Source: an uncultured virus (IMG/VR IMGVR_UViG_3300020162_002069) (lineage: Duplodnaviria; Heunggongvirae; Uroviricota; Caudoviricetes). From it: a DNA stretch of 64,000 bases. The stretch lies in IMG/VR virus record IMGVR_UViG_3300020162_002069; one strand, written 5' to 3'. The notes beneath the pieces were generated by a model, which worked only from the letters and a program-made list of their open reading frames with translations, made no database searches and had not been told where the DNA came from. Shown one piece after another: positions 34,192-46,400 of the stretch. A program made the translations under genes and the position numbers. How positions within the stretch are numbered: the stretch's first letter is position 1; the number at the start of each line of letters is the position of its first letter.

Positions 34192-36219
34192 TTAACAATT
34201 CCACTTTCTTAAGGATAATGCTTTTCTTGTTGGACGACTTTTTTCATCTTTCATAGGTCCTGGCATTCCACTCATACGGGCACAGAATGATTTTCTACGA
34301 TTTGCTGCTTTTGATCCTGGTTTTAATTTTGATGGTTCTGTTGTAACTGCCATTGATAATTTTGATCCCGGATTTTGTGCTCTATAGGAAGCAATTCCTT
34401 TTTTGTTTAAACCACCTTCGGGATTTTTACCTTCTTTTCTTTGCCATGCAGCAGACTCTTCATTCATATTATAATTTTTTGACTTTGAGTTTACAACTTG
34501 AATCAAAGGCATTCCTGGTTGAAGTGAAGAAACTTTATACTGAAGAACTAATGCACTTGGATAAATTTTTTGAATTTCTGCAGTTATATCATTTTTATTT
34601 GGCATTCCAACCTGTGGAAAAAACATTCTAACAGAGTATGTTTTACCTCTCCATGAAAGAATAACTGCGATTATATTTCCAGTATCTGCTTGTAGACGAG
34701 TTGCTTCTTCCACTTTTACACAATTTGGATATCTTTTTCCAAACATTGTTTTCATGCCTTTTTTCTTATAACCAGACCAGCACTTTTCATCAAGATTTAA
34801 ATCTTCTAGAACCTTTAAAGAAATTGGTGATAAATTTTCTAATTTACCAGGAACAAATGATTCACCTCGTTGTTTACGTTTGGCATAATCCATATAAGAT
34901 TCACCTGGACGTAATTTTTTAGAATCTTCTTTTGGTTTTGCAGCACGATCCTCACGAGCACGTTGATTAGGCCCAGGACCTCCAAGTTTTTTGTCTTTTT
35001 CTGGATCTGGATGCCAAAAATCACCTTCATGAACAATCTCTTCATTTTTACTACTATTTCCCCAATTCGCAGCACCAACTTTACGGCATTTTACAAGTGC
35101 TCCTGATGCATATGCTGAAGGCCAAACACTATAACGAGATTTTACTTTAGTATAACAAGCATCTTTTTTACCTTCACTCATTTCATCACTATCCAGATAA
35201 TCTGCTGCGGTATCAATATAATCTGCAGATTTAGTGATCTTGGATTGAACCCACGCAGGTAATTGTGTATCACCTTTTTTAATATTTTTTTTCAAAGAAA
35301 CAACTGCTTTATTAATAGTATCTAATTGAGTTCTTGCCATGTACCCTTCACGATCTTTCTTTTTTCCACTTGCAATCTCTTTATGACTTTCATAAATCTT
35401 TGATTCAGTTTTCACGTTAATTGCCTCTCCTTTTCTATTTGGATTTGGATCTTCTCTTCTTTTTCTTGTTGCTGCTTTTTCTTCTTCTTCTGGAGACATC
35501 TCTGATGCCATTTTAGAACTACCACATTTTGGTTTAGTAGTTTGTCCTGGTTGTTTTGCACATGGTTTTCCTGCATATTTACCACCCAACTGAACCCATC
35601 CAGGCTTTCCATCAGATGACTTACTTTTTGCAAACCAATCATGCAGAGAATCATCACCAGATTTTGATGCCTCTTGAATTTCTCCAAGAATTTTGTCAAC
35701 TAATGTTTGTTCTGGTACACAATTATTACTTTCTTTTTGAGTCTCCATTTTTTTCAATTTTGTGTAATAATCCGGTTTTTCATCCAAATGTTGAAGTGCA
35801 GTAATCCTTGCGGAACTTTTACTTGTAGTATGCTCAAATTCAACTTTAGTTCCAATTTCCAATTGCTTTTTAATTTCTTCTACTGATACTCTGTGCTTCT
35901 TGGCGAGTTCTTCTGGAGATTTGTAGGATTTTACCGGTCCTTTAGGGTCTTTCTCTTCACTCATTGGACACTGGTCTGTTCCGTGAACTGAGCAAAATTT
36001 ACCTTTCTTAGTATGATTGCAAGAACCCTCAGCAACCGGTTTACCAATACCCACTTCAGTTGGTTTTATTGTTTGTCCAGGAGTATTAAATCCACTTGGA
36101 AGAGGTTTGCATTCTTTATTTGTATTACACCAATACATTCCTTTACCACACTTTTCTTCACTTAAAATTGTTTCTACTAAAGAAATGTTTAATTTAGAAG
36201 TTTCTGTAATTTTTTTCAC
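34192..36219 (-). CDS. Modular Lys/Cys-rich protein (putative processed internal head polyprotein)
   Basis: A string of short modules separated by hydrophobic-x-E sites; located between gp16 and gp17 with ATAAATA at 36264-36258. Confidence 0.6.
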   Translation of the reverse strand: MKKITETSKLNISLVETILSEEKCGKGMYWCNTNKECKPLPSGFNTPGQTIKPTEVGIGKPVAEGSCNHTKKGKFCSVHGTDQCPMSEEKDPKGPVKSYKSPEELAKKHRVSVEEIKKQLEIGTKVEFEHTTSKSSARITALQHLDEKPDYYTKLKKMETQKESNNCVPEQTLVDKILGEIQEASKSGDDSLHDWFAKSKSSDGKPGWVQLGGKYAGKPCAKQPGQTTKPKCGSSKMASEMSPEEEEKAATRKRREDPNPNRKGEAINVKTESKIYESHKEIASGKKKDREGYMARTQLDTINKAVVSLKKNIKKGDTQLPAWVQSKITKSADYIDTAADYLDSDEMSEGKKDACYTKVKSRYSVWPSAYASGALVKCRKVGAANWGNSSKNEEIVHEGDFWHPDPEKDKKLGGPGPNQRAREDRAAKPKEDSKKLRPGESYMDYAKRKQRGESFVPGKLENLSPISLKVLEDLNLDEKCWSGYKKKGMKTMFGKRYPNCVKVEEATRLQADTGNIIAVILSWRGKTYSVRMFFPQVGMPNKNDITAEIQKIYPSALVLQYKVSSLQPGMPLIQVVNSKSKNYNMNEESAAWQRKEGKNPEGGLNKKGIASYRAQNPGSKLSMAVTTEPSKLKPGSKAANRRKSFCARMSGMPGPMKDEKSRPTRKALSLRKWNC

Positions 36220-36263
36220 AACTTTTTATGGTTTAGGTTTTTAACTATATCTTTTTATATTTA

Positions 36264-36695
36264 TTACTCTTTTGCTTCTTGAGATTGTTGTTTTAAAAGT
36301 TTTGCTAGTTCTGCAGTCGATCCAACAAAAAGTGCATTATTAACTGTAGTTGGTCCCTTTGGCTTATCCTCTTCAATATCTTTTACTTTCTTTTGAAGAT
36401 CTAATAATTTATCTGTAATATCTCCCACATTCTTAATAAGCTGCCCCGCAACTTCATATGCTCTAGGCATTTCAGATTCTTGTGCTAGTTCAAGAATTCC
36501 ATTAATTGCTTCTTGACCTTTTTCAATTAAAGAGTATAAATTTCCTCTAGTATAATCATAATCTTTTTTAATATCATCTACAACTAATGATATTTTTTCT
36601 ACTTTTTCTATTACAGTTTCAGATTCAACTGGAATTATATCACCATCTACATTAAAAGTTTCATTAAGTTTATCAAATTTTTTTGTCATTTTCAT
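36264..36695 (-). CDS. gp16: Terminase small subunit
   Basis: DYDYTRGNL, PRAYEVAGQL, NNALFVGSTAEL. Confidence 0.92.
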   Translation of the reverse strand: MKMTKKFDKLNETFNVDGDIIPVESETVIEKVEKISLVVDDIKKDYDYTRGNLYSLIEKGQEAINGILELAQESEMPRAYEVAGQLIKNVGDITDKLLDLQKKVKDIEEDKPKGPTTVNNALFVGSTAELAKLLKQQSQEAKE

Positions 36696-36700
36696 ACTCT

Positions 36701-37702
36701 TTAAAATGCAGATCCACTAAATCCAAAATCATCACCTTCCTCAATTAAAACATTATCTGCTGTAGTGATTGACTTAACTTCTGCTCCAGAAAGATGTGAA
36801 GTAATTGGGGTGTCATCCCTACCTCTCTCAACTGTAAGAACGTTTCCAGATATTCGTTTTACAAATACTTCTTCCCCTTCAATATCTAAATATGAATTAA
36901 CAACAATAGATCCAACACTATTAACCGCAATTAAAGTATCTTCTGTAGTAATATCCTTTGATAGATTTGTTACTACTATACCAGTATAGTTCTTGATTGC
37001 TCTTGGTTCTGCTGAATAAACAACTTCTCTTGTTGGAGAATCTGTAGTACCACCAGTAATATATCCAATAGTAGCCTTTTTGATGATATCTCTTGTTGCA
37101 GAAGAAACTGGACCAAAAAGATAGGTTTTTGCAGTAAATCTCAATGTGTATAAAAGAACTCTTCTTGTAGTGAAATTACCTTCATAATCGTCCTGCATTG
37201 TAATATTTTCAAGAATTACAGGAATATCTCTTTTTTCATTTATAATATCAACTAATTCAATTGTCATTGAATATGATGGTTGAAAAAATGGAAGTATTTG
37301 TTCGATAATTTGAAGAGCATCATCATTTAACTTGCACATTATGCTAAGTTCAAATTGCATATTATATGGGACTGGAAGATAAACTTTTTTAGTTTCAGTC
37401 CCGTCAACTGCAGATTTTGCAATAAAAGTTTGAGTTGTTGTAGATTTTCTGGTTGGATCATATGTTAAACCAGTAAACTCAAATGACATTCTTGGTAATG
37501 TAATTTGAACCGGTTTATTTAAATCTGGAGATTGTTCTAATCTTGCAAGAAATTTTTGTGTAGGTCCATATGCAAGAGGTACTTTAATTACACTTTTTAC
37601 ATTACCAGAATTATCTGTATGTTTAATACTAATCTCATTAAATAAAGAACCAAAAGAAACTACTGTTCTTCTTAAAATTTCGTGATAGAAATATTCAAAC
37701 AT
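36701..37702 (-). CDS. gp15: Tail sheath stabiliser / completion protein
   Basis: VPLAYGPTQKFL, LPRMSFE, QIIEQILPFFQP. Confidence 0.92.
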   Translation of the reverse strand: MFEYFYHEILRRTVVSFGSLFNEISIKHTDNSGNVKSVIKVPLAYGPTQKFLARLEQSPDLNKPVQITLPRMSFEFTGLTYDPTRKSTTTQTFIAKSAVDGTETKKVYLPVPYNMQFELSIMCKLNDDALQIIEQILPFFQPSYSMTIELVDIINEKRDIPVILENITMQDDYEGNFTTRRVLLYTLRFTAKTYLFGPVSSATRDIIKKATIGYITGGTTDSPTREVVYSAEPRAIKNYTGIVVTNLSKDITTEDTLIAVNSVGSIVVNSYLDIEGEEVFVKRISGNVLTVERGRDDTPITSHLSGAEVKSITTADNVLIEEGDDFGFSGSAF

Positions 37703-37745
37703 TTTTTTAAGTTCCGATATTATCGGTTAACCAAGTAATAACTAG

Positions 37746-37753
37746 TATTTATA
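37746..37753 (-). promoter_or_regulatory. T4-type late promoter for gp15
   Basis: Exact TATAAATA immediately after the gp14 stop. Confidence 0.8.
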
Positions 37754-39160
37754 CTATGGCATTCCGAATGGATTTGCATCACTAAAATCAATAATACTAT
37801 CTGCTTCCTCCTCTATAGTTTCATTATCAGAATATCCATCCTTAACTGCAAAAACTTCAATAGATCTTAGTGTTCTGGAAGCACTTGATGCAGTTCCTAC
37901 AAGTGTTTCTCCCGCAATAAATTCTCCCGATACTTTCGAAACTTCTAATACATTAGTTACAGAACTCCAAGATCTAACTCTTGCAGTTGTCCCACTTGTA
38001 GATCCAGTTATAATTTCATTAAAAGTGTAACTACCTAGTGAAGAAAGTGCTGGGTTTCCAATAGTAATAGATGGTGGTTGTGTATATCCAAGTCCTGCAT
38101 TTATAATTCTAATTTGAGTAATTGATCCCGCAGAACTTACAACTGCTGTTGCAGCAGCTGAAACACTTGAAATTCCTGTAAATACAATTGATGGTGAATT
38201 TACATACCCTCCACCAGAATTTGTTACTGTAATAACTCCAACAATACCATCACCAATAGTAGATGTTGCAGTTGCTCCGGATCCATCTCCAAAAATTAAT
38301 ACTTTAGGAGCAATTGTATATCCCATTCCAGGATTGATGACTTCTATTGATTGTACTGATTTTGTTGCAGGATTTGCACTATCAGTACAAACAACAATTC
38401 CACCAATTAAGGTTGCTGATCCAATACCAGTTACTCCACCACCGGGTGCTGAGGATATTGCAACTCTTGGTGAATAAGTGTATCCACTTCCCCTATTTGT
38501 AACAGTGAAAAATCTAATACCACCATTTACAATAGTAGTAATTGCACTAGCCGTAATTCCAGTACCCACCATATTCAATTTTTGTATTGCTCCTGCTTGT
38601 GCAGAGTCTTGCTCACCACCACTTCCACCAATATTATCATCAATAAAAGAAACGCCCGTATCAATAACTTCATCTTCATATCTAAACAGTTCACATTTTA
38701 AAGTGTAAACATAATTCTTTTGAAGTTGGTAGAAAGGTTGTTCGTGTTCAACAAATTTAATCTCAAACAATCTATCACCTAATGGAAAATAAATTATATC
38801 TCCTTCTTTAGGTCTTGAAGATAATTTAATATTTGATTGATCTTTAATCAGTGGTGTTATATACTCTTCAAATCTTTCTTTTGAAATTATGATTGTTAAC
38901 TCATTAAGTGCTTGAATACCAAATTTTGATAATATTGTTGTGTTATCTCCATACCCATCAAAGTTTTCAACATATGCTTCAATTGGATATGCATTATCAA
39001 ATGCAGATTCGATAACTTCTTTAATGATTGTTTTTTCTGTTAGGTATTTTCTTGGAAGGTAATAAACTTCAACCCCATACATTCGTAGTTGTTCATTTAT
39101 AAGATCTTGAATTAGACCTTGTTCTGATTTAGATCCCTGAAGAAAAAATGGGTTAAGCAT
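37754..39160 (-). CDS. gp14: Neck protein with inserted G-x-G-Y-x-x-x-P repeats
   Basis: YGVEVYYLPR, RPKEGDIIYFP, FVEHEQPFYQL, terminal NPFG. Confidence 0.92.
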   Translation of the reverse strand: MLNPFFLQGSKSEQGLIQDLINEQLRMYGVEVYYLPRKYLTEKTIIKEVIESAFDNAYPIEAYVENFDGYGDNTTILSKFGIQALNELTIIISKERFEEYITPLIKDQSNIKLSSRPKEGDIIYFPLGDRLFEIKFVEHEQPFYQLQKNYVYTLKCELFRYEDEVIDTGVSFIDDNIGGSGGEQDSAQAGAIQKLNMVGTGITASAITTIVNGGIRFFTVTNRGSGYTYSPRVAISSAPGGGVTGIGSATLIGGIVVCTDSANPATKSVQSIEVINPGMGYTIAPKVLIFGDGSGATATSTIGDGIVGVITVTNSGGGYVNSPSIVFTGISSVSAAATAVVSSAGSITQIRIINAGLGYTQPPSITIGNPALSSLGSYTFNEIITGSTSGTTARVRSWSSVTNVLEVSKVSGEFIAGETLVGTASSASRTLRSIEVFAVKDGYSDNETIEEEADSIIDFSDANPFGMP

Positions 39161-39163
39161 AAT

Positions 39164-40009
39164 TTAACCAATCATGTCGTATGGTGGAAGTTCATAAGTA
39201 TTAGACATTTTTTCCATTAGAACATCTATTTCTTTTTGTGCATCATCATACATTTGTCTTCCATTTAACTCAACTCCACCCGGAAGTTTAACACCAGTAA
39301 ATTTCATCATATTTTGTCCCCACTGACGTTTAATGAGTGAGGTTAAATATGGTTTTATAAAAGAATCATTATAAATTCTAGCATAATCATTTGGGTCTAA
39401 TGTTGAATAGCAATCAATAATAAGATAATGATTTTCAGTAACTGATCCCCAATCAATATCGATATATAATCTATCTTGTCTTTTGTTAAAACGAATTTGT
39501 TTTTGTGTATTTAAAAGAAAATCTAAATCTTCTAAATATGTCTTAACCATTGCATAACTTAAAAGTTCTGTAGTTCCAAAGTAATAAATATCGTTTAAAA
39601 ATAATTGATATTTAATACTAAACATACTATTAGTTGTAGTATTTGATCCATCAAAAGTAAAAATCTTATTCACACCTATAACATTTGGTGGAACTTGTAA
39701 ATAATTGCTATTTTCTGTGTATGAAAAAGTTACTGCCGTTCCTACAATATTTGCTGTTGCGGTAGTAGTTACAATTCCTACTGGGGTATTACCTGATGTT
39801 CCTTTTCCTCTAGCAATATCATTTGCTGTGATTTTATATTTGAAAAAAGTTGGATAAACACCATCATAATGTCTTTCTTGAAAGAATTGAATTGCATCAT
39901 CAACTAAGTCGTCAATTTGCTCATCGGCAACATTAATTTCAAGTACAGGAGCTCCAAGCTTCCTCTTGCAATAATCTATGAGTTCTTGTCTAGTTGATGG
40001 TTGCGCCAT
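39164..40009 (-). CDS. gp13: Neck protein
   Basis: LGAPVLEINV, KRQWGQN, LPGGVELNG. Confidence 0.93.
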   Translation of the reverse strand: MAQPSTRQELIDYCKRKLGAPVLEINVADEQIDDLVDDAIQFFQERHYDGVYPTFFKYKITANDIARGKGTSGNTPVGIVTTTATANIVGTAVTFSYTENSNYLQVPPNVIGVNKIFTFDGSNTTTNSMFSIKYQLFLNDIYYFGTTELLSYAMVKTYLEDLDFLLNTQKQIRFNKRQDRLYIDIDWGSVTENHYLIIDCYSTLDPNDYARIYNDSFIKPYLTSLIKRQWGQNMMKFTGVKLPGGVELNGRQMYDDAQKEIDVLMEKMSNTYELPPYDMIG

Positions 40010-40033
40010 TTATTACTATTCCTTTAGAAATAT

Positions 40034-40213
40034 TTATGGTTTTGATACTGACCATTCAGAAACAATCTCTTGTTGCTTTAAGTATAATTTAAAATAACAC
40101 TTTGCAAGGTTTTTAAGATCTTCAATATTATCAATAGAATCTATTTGATTGCTGAACTTTACATATTCAAAACTTTTTGTTAAATTAGAAAGTTCTATAG
40201 AATCAGGATTCAT
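40034..40213 (-). CDS. Small helical protein, candidate NblA-like phycobilisome degradation adaptor (59 aa)
   Basis: Hand translation MNPDSIELSNLTKSFEYVKFSNQIDSIDNIEDLKNLAKCYFKLYLKQQEIVSEWSVSKP; AGGAG ribosome-binding site upstream. The ORF is solid; the function is inferred. Confidence 0.5.
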   Translation of the reverse strand: MNPDSIELSNLTKSFEYVKFSNQIDSIDNIEDLKNLAKCYFKLYLKQQEIVSEWSVSKP

Positions 40214-40427
40214 TAATCAATCTCCTAAGTAAAAATTTAATTTCATCCAAATCTTCTTTCATATTGGTGATATCAGATTCGAGATTATTTACCTTCTCAT
40301 TTTCTTTTAATTTAGAATCTCTTTTAGAAATATATTCATTATACTCGGACATATTAGTATTAAGAATTGAATTAGTTTTAGGATCCCGAATCAGGTGATC
40401 GTGACCCTTTACTTTAATGTAATCCAT
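40203..40427 (-). CDS. Small coiled-coil hypothetical protein
   Basis: KVKGHDHLIRDPKTNSILN followed by a coiled coil; ATG 40427 directly follows the upstream stop. Confidence 0.7.
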   Translation of the reverse strand: MDYIKVKGHDHLIRDPKTNSILNTNMSEYNEYISKRDSKLKENEKVNNLESDITNMKEDLDEIKFLLRRLINES

Positions 40428-40428
40428 A

Positions 40429-43400
40429 TCAGGCAAGTGCAATTACTCGTAGATTTCTCACCCTAGGGACATAAACTTGGTTAGTTGATGTCATAACAAG
40501 TTTAATCCTATATGATCTAAATGATGGTAATTGATCTGTAGTAAATGTATATTCTCTATAGTCAAGATCCGAGGAAGTAAATCCAGTAGAGTTTGTTTGT
40601 GATGTAAATTTATCAGACAAACCACTATTGTCCTCAAGGTTTATAATCTCACCTCTTGTATCAAGATTTGTATATCCAGGAAATGGAGTAAAGATGGGAT
40701 CAAAGTTTGAATTTTCACTGATCGAATAGAATGCACGAATGTCTGAATAAAAATTTATGTAAGCATCTAATATAATTTTAATTGAAGAAGCAGGATTTTC
40801 TAAAGTAATTTCTTTTGAAATATATTGAAATGCTGATGGATCCTCATCAATCGTATCAACTCTGGCATCAGTTACATAATTTTCAATCACACTATTGACT
40901 CTATTTGAAGTTAATATTGTGCTTATTCTTTGAGTATCGAGAACAGGAGAAACTCTTGAATCAACAGTACTTAGAGTCAATCTCATATTCATTGATTTAT
41001 TGCCAGGTAAATTTGATAGTTTATTATCTTCATTTACCTTTGATGCAATAATTCTTGTACTGTCAAGGTAGTTGGGCGCATTAATAGTAATAGGATCAAA
41101 ACCAATATCAGTGAATGGAATTTCATTTCCACTTATACTTTGCCCAGTTATTGTTCTTACTTCAGCACTTAGAGAAGTACCCTGCACAGTTAGATTTTGA
41201 ACAAGTGGAGTAATAATTTCAAAGGGCATATTCTGAGTTGCTCTAATGTTATATCCACCCGTCGATTTTGTTTGATTTGAATAAAGAATTGGAAAACTAG
41301 TTCCAACACTTCTATCTACACCATCACTGGACATATCAAGTTTAATATTATAAGAATCGAAAGTGATGGGATCTGCAACAGTTACATCATTTAAGTCATG
41401 AGTTTTATTAATTCTCCTTAACGAAACTCCATTTAGTTCATACTTGTAAACAGGAGATCCGATTGGGTGAGTTGTGGGATTTGTTCCCCTAACAATATTT
41501 CCGCCAATAACTCCTCCTGATACTGAAGTATATTCAATAATTTCGTTTCCAATAAGTAAGTATCCCGAGTTTGTTGTTCCAACACTAACATTTTCAAATA
41601 TACCAAAAGCACTAGAATCGTCAACAGATATTGATCCTGTAGAGTCTGCTGCAAGTTGAATACTTAGTTTTGTTGGTTTGATATCAGACTGAGCATTGGA
41701 AATAACAACCAAGTTATCATTAAAATACATTCCATGATTTTTGTGATCAACTCTAATATGTCTACCATCAGTTTCTTCAATAATTTCATCAACTAAAACA
41801 CCAGTACCGTTTAGGAATGTTGTAATACCTGAATTGTTTATAAATTTAATAGTATTTGCGGAACCAACAACAAAGTCTCCTTGAATATTATCTACTATAA
41901 TTTGATTAAGATTGGAAATATTTGAAAGTGAAAGTCTTGCATTTGTACCAACGTTTACTGCTCCTATACTAGAAATACCAAGAACATCTCCAATTTGATA
42001 TCCACTTCCGCCAGAAGTAATAGTTGCTCCAATGGCGACTCCATTGTTTATCGTAATCGTAGCAGTTGCATCTCTACCTTTACCAGTAATTGTTTGTAAA
42101 TTAATTCCAGGAAAAGTTGCAATACCTGAAGATGGAGTATATCCAATACCAGCACTAATGATATTAAGTGATCCAGTGGCAATTCCTGCATTTCCTACAT
42201 AATTTCCTGATGCATTTGTTCCCTGTTGTAAAATTGTATTACCAATTGTTAGGTTGGGATCACTAATGGTAGATGCTAAACTAATTCTAACTTTTTTAGA
42301 ATTAAAGTTGAGAGAATTTGGAAGTAATTTAGCAATCTGATTATTTCCTTCAGTGAGTTGTGGACTATAGAATTCAACTGTACCGGATTCAATAAAGTCT
42401 GCTCTGTATAGAGTAAACTTAAGATCTTCCCATTGACTTGGTTCCCAAGTAGAAGCATTTTGAGACTTGAATAGTGAACCAAGATAAGGTTGATTGGAGA
42501 TAAATGCCTGAGTTAACAAATCATTTTCACCAATTCTCGAAATATAAACACTATACTTTGTAGAGTTTGATGCTAAACATATACAATACTCTTTACCGCC
42601 TTCAAGATATACTGGCGCCTTAAAGACCACTGGGGTTGCAATTGATCCATCACCAGATATTTCAACTTCATTTGGATCTAAAATTATCTCAGATAATGGA
42701 ATAACGTGTTGTGTTGGAAATCCATTTTGCATTGTTCTCAGTTGGAACGTTACCGGAATATCCATATCATCTTTGGACCTAAAGAAGACATCACATCTCG
42801 TTAAGAAGATTCCAATCTCATTATCAACTAAGAATGATTGTGCAAGTGGATCATACCAACCAATAATACCTTGTCTTTGAGTTTGTGCAATTACTCTACT
42901 ATCAATTAACTGACTAGAACTTCTTGCTATTGCTCTCTCGGCAAATTCTTGTTTATTTTCAATCCTTGCATTTCTAACTGAAATAATATTTTCTTGGACA
43001 GTTTCTAATGTTCCACTAGAAGAGAAACTTTCTTCAGCAATTGTTGATGCAAGATCTTGATCGTTTAAATTATTATTAGTAAAACTCAATACTTTGGTTC
43101 CAGTTTCAAATCTAGGGTGAATATTACTATTTGGATTTGGTATGTAGAAACTTCCAATTAAAGTTGCTGATAAGTCAGAAACAAGTCTTACGTTAGTAAT
43201 AGTCGCTTGAGCGCCACTAGTAGTTCCAATAAGAGCCATTCCACTTTCTACCCATCCACTGAATAAACCTTGAGGTTCGTTTGCAATTGAAAAAGTATCA
43301 ATATTTAAAATAACTGAGGTAGATGAATAAGTTGCTGATAATACACTATTAGTATATGGATTTTCTGGGAATGTGGTATTTGGGATATTGTATGGACCTT

Positions 43401-46400
43401 CTTTATGATTGGACTGTGCAACTCTAAATGTAATTCTTGCAGTTTCATTACTTAGGTTTGGATCTAATCCGGTTTGATTTACTACACCAGTTACAGTTTC
43501 TCCAACCTCAAATACACCAGAAATCATACTAATTTCTAATAGTTTGGGAATACAGTATCTTGTTACATCAACACCATCAAAAAATGCATAAAGTTGTGTA
43601 AGTGGTTTTACTTTCTTATTAATAAATTGAATATTTCTAGATCTCATATATGGAATAAGATCCCTACTTATAGTTCTATCTCCAACTGATGTATTATCAA
43701 ATTGCTCTGTAACTACAGTTCTGATTCCAGATCTTGTAGATACTCCAGTATCAATAACTTCCCTAAAAGTATCTAAAGTTGTAGTTGTAGTGTCTGTGCC
43801 GAAGATGTTTTGAAATCCTCTTGGATTCGGCACTCTCAATCGTCCAGGTAACCATCCAATAAATGCTGGCATCCCAGTACTGGTAGTATTAGTTCTAGTA
43901 GTTTCTACAATTTCTTGTCCAGTCCAATTATCAACCCAAGAATTCCAGACAGTTGGAGCAAATCCTGTTTGTGGGTCTACATTTAATGTTCTTGCTGCAG
44001 TTGCAAGAGTCTCTGCATAATTTCCTTCAGTATTAATAATTTTTGCTTCAAGTCTTACAGTATCGACCCAAGTATCAGATGCTGGAGTTAATTCAAGCGT
44101 ACCTTGCCAAAAACTAATAAGAAAAGGAGTTACACTTTCGGATCTAGTTGCAAATGATTGTTTTAACCATTCAACTTCAACATAATCTAGAGTAACAATA
44201 TCTCCGGTTTTTCTAACATTAATACCTTCAATAAGTGCAAATGCCAAATCTTCAGTTGGATCTACATTCTCCACGGGCCCTGTAATTAAATCAATAGAAC
44301 TTGTGTAGTGCTTTGGTCTTAATTCCTTATTTCTGGTATCAATACTATTTTTAATTTCAACGCCATTTTCTTGTGCTAAAATGGATGTAAAATTATCTAC
44401 AAAAAATCCAGATTTAAATCTATTCAACCCGCTAGAATCCACAACAAAAAGATTTGCAGTATTCGTTTCAAGCAAAGATAATGAAGTATAATATTCTAAA
44501 TTTTTAATTCTATTTTCAAGTTTTTTAATATCAACCATTCTATATCTTTTATATTCTAAGAACTGAATAGATGCTTGTATTGTTGAATATAAGTATGGTG
44601 GTAATTGTATAGTAGCAACCTCTAAAGCATCATCAACAGATACTGGTTTTTCTGGTTTTTCTGCAGGAGTTCCATATTTTACTTGAAACTTTCCATCTTT
44701 TGTCAAGTAAACTCTATCAATTCTCCCCAAATAAAATGAATAATTAACTAATATTGCCTCATCAGATGCTAGTATATTTGCGGCGGAATTGCCTGACACA
44801 CTAAAAGTTCTTCCATAAAATTCAAATGGAGAAAATGCATTTTCTGAAACTTGATACGAGGAAACTCTTGGTCTTATATCAATAATATCAGAGTTTGCAA
44901 ACTGATTGACTGATTGTATTTCTGTTGCGTAATTGTACGTATTATATGAGTTTACTGTTGTAATATCACCATCATCAGAAGAATCATAAAACCCGCTTGA
45001 GAAATAAACTTTTACTTTTCTAGTTGGTTCAATTGCATTTGATTTTCTAGTAATAAATCCATAATCATAAAATGTTCCTTTTTGTCCTGTAGAATAAGAA
45101 TAATTAAAAGAAATGTTAAAACTTGGAGAATCTAAGGTAGTAATAACTGCTTGAATATTAGATTCTCTAAAAGTTACAGTTTCCCCTTCTTTAAAAATAT
45201 TTTGATTCTTATAAACAAAAGAAATTTGTGAAGAAGATAGTTTTTCGACAACAATACCAATAGTACTTCCATTTTGGTTTAAAATTTGTTCACCTATAAT
45301 GAGATCTAATATCGTGTTAGTTGGACCATTAATTGATGAAAGCACCATTTTTGGTGCAGATGGATTTGCAGTGTCTGCAGATTCAAAGATACCATGTATT
45401 TCAATGATGTCTGGAACATTTAATGAAATATTCTTATCCTGCACTCTAGTGCCATAAGCATAATTTCCAAATTCAAGACCATCATTTAATGTAGTTGCAC
45501 CAATACCAGAACCAGCATATTTTGATTTATCAACTAATATACTGTTAACTCTATTTTTTCTTTTTACTTTTGCTTTTGGTTTAATCTTTCTAAGAGTTGT
45601 AATTAAGGTTGCTCCTGTATTATTAGTTCCTAGGTTATAAATTTGAAGTTGAGTCCCGCCACTGATGAAAGCAAATCTATCTGAAGTTAGTAATTCAGTA
45701 GAACCATCAGATCTAATTAATGAATACCTTTCCTCGTCAAAAGGTAAAAATGTTCCATTTGTTCCAGCACTTACTGTGGATGATAGTTGATTTGATATAA
45801 TATCAACGGTAAATGATTTTCTAATAGTGATATTTGCATTAGTTAAATCTACATTAGAAATATCATTTTTTGGAAGTATTGTATATAATGTATTGTCTGA
45901 TGATGACTCTAAACTAGTTGTTAAAATTTTAAAATCAGTAACCTGTAGTAAAGAAGTTGGTAATCTTCCTTGAGCAATTCCCGTAACAGTAGAAACACCC
46001 GTAATTGTTACTGTAGTAGATCCTACACTTACAACCTTTGCAAAAACTGGATCGGATAACGTAACATCACTATATGAAATTAAATTTCCTTGTTTAATAA
46101 TATTTCCAGGAAAAGATATATTTGGACTTGTAACAGTACTAATACCGGAAGATTGTGGTGAAATTGTAGCAATTCCTACATTAAATTTTATAGACTGTAC
46201 AGAATCTGCTGAAAATGTTGATGCAGATCCAACTAAACCATAAACAGACTTAATATCAGAAATACCAAATGAAGTTACTGCTATTGCAACACGTCCAGAT
46301 TCAATTCCATCAAAAATAAATGATTCGTTTCTCAGAAAACTACCTTTAGTATCATATAGAGTTATGAGAGAATTTGCAGAAACTGCATCCTTAATAAATC

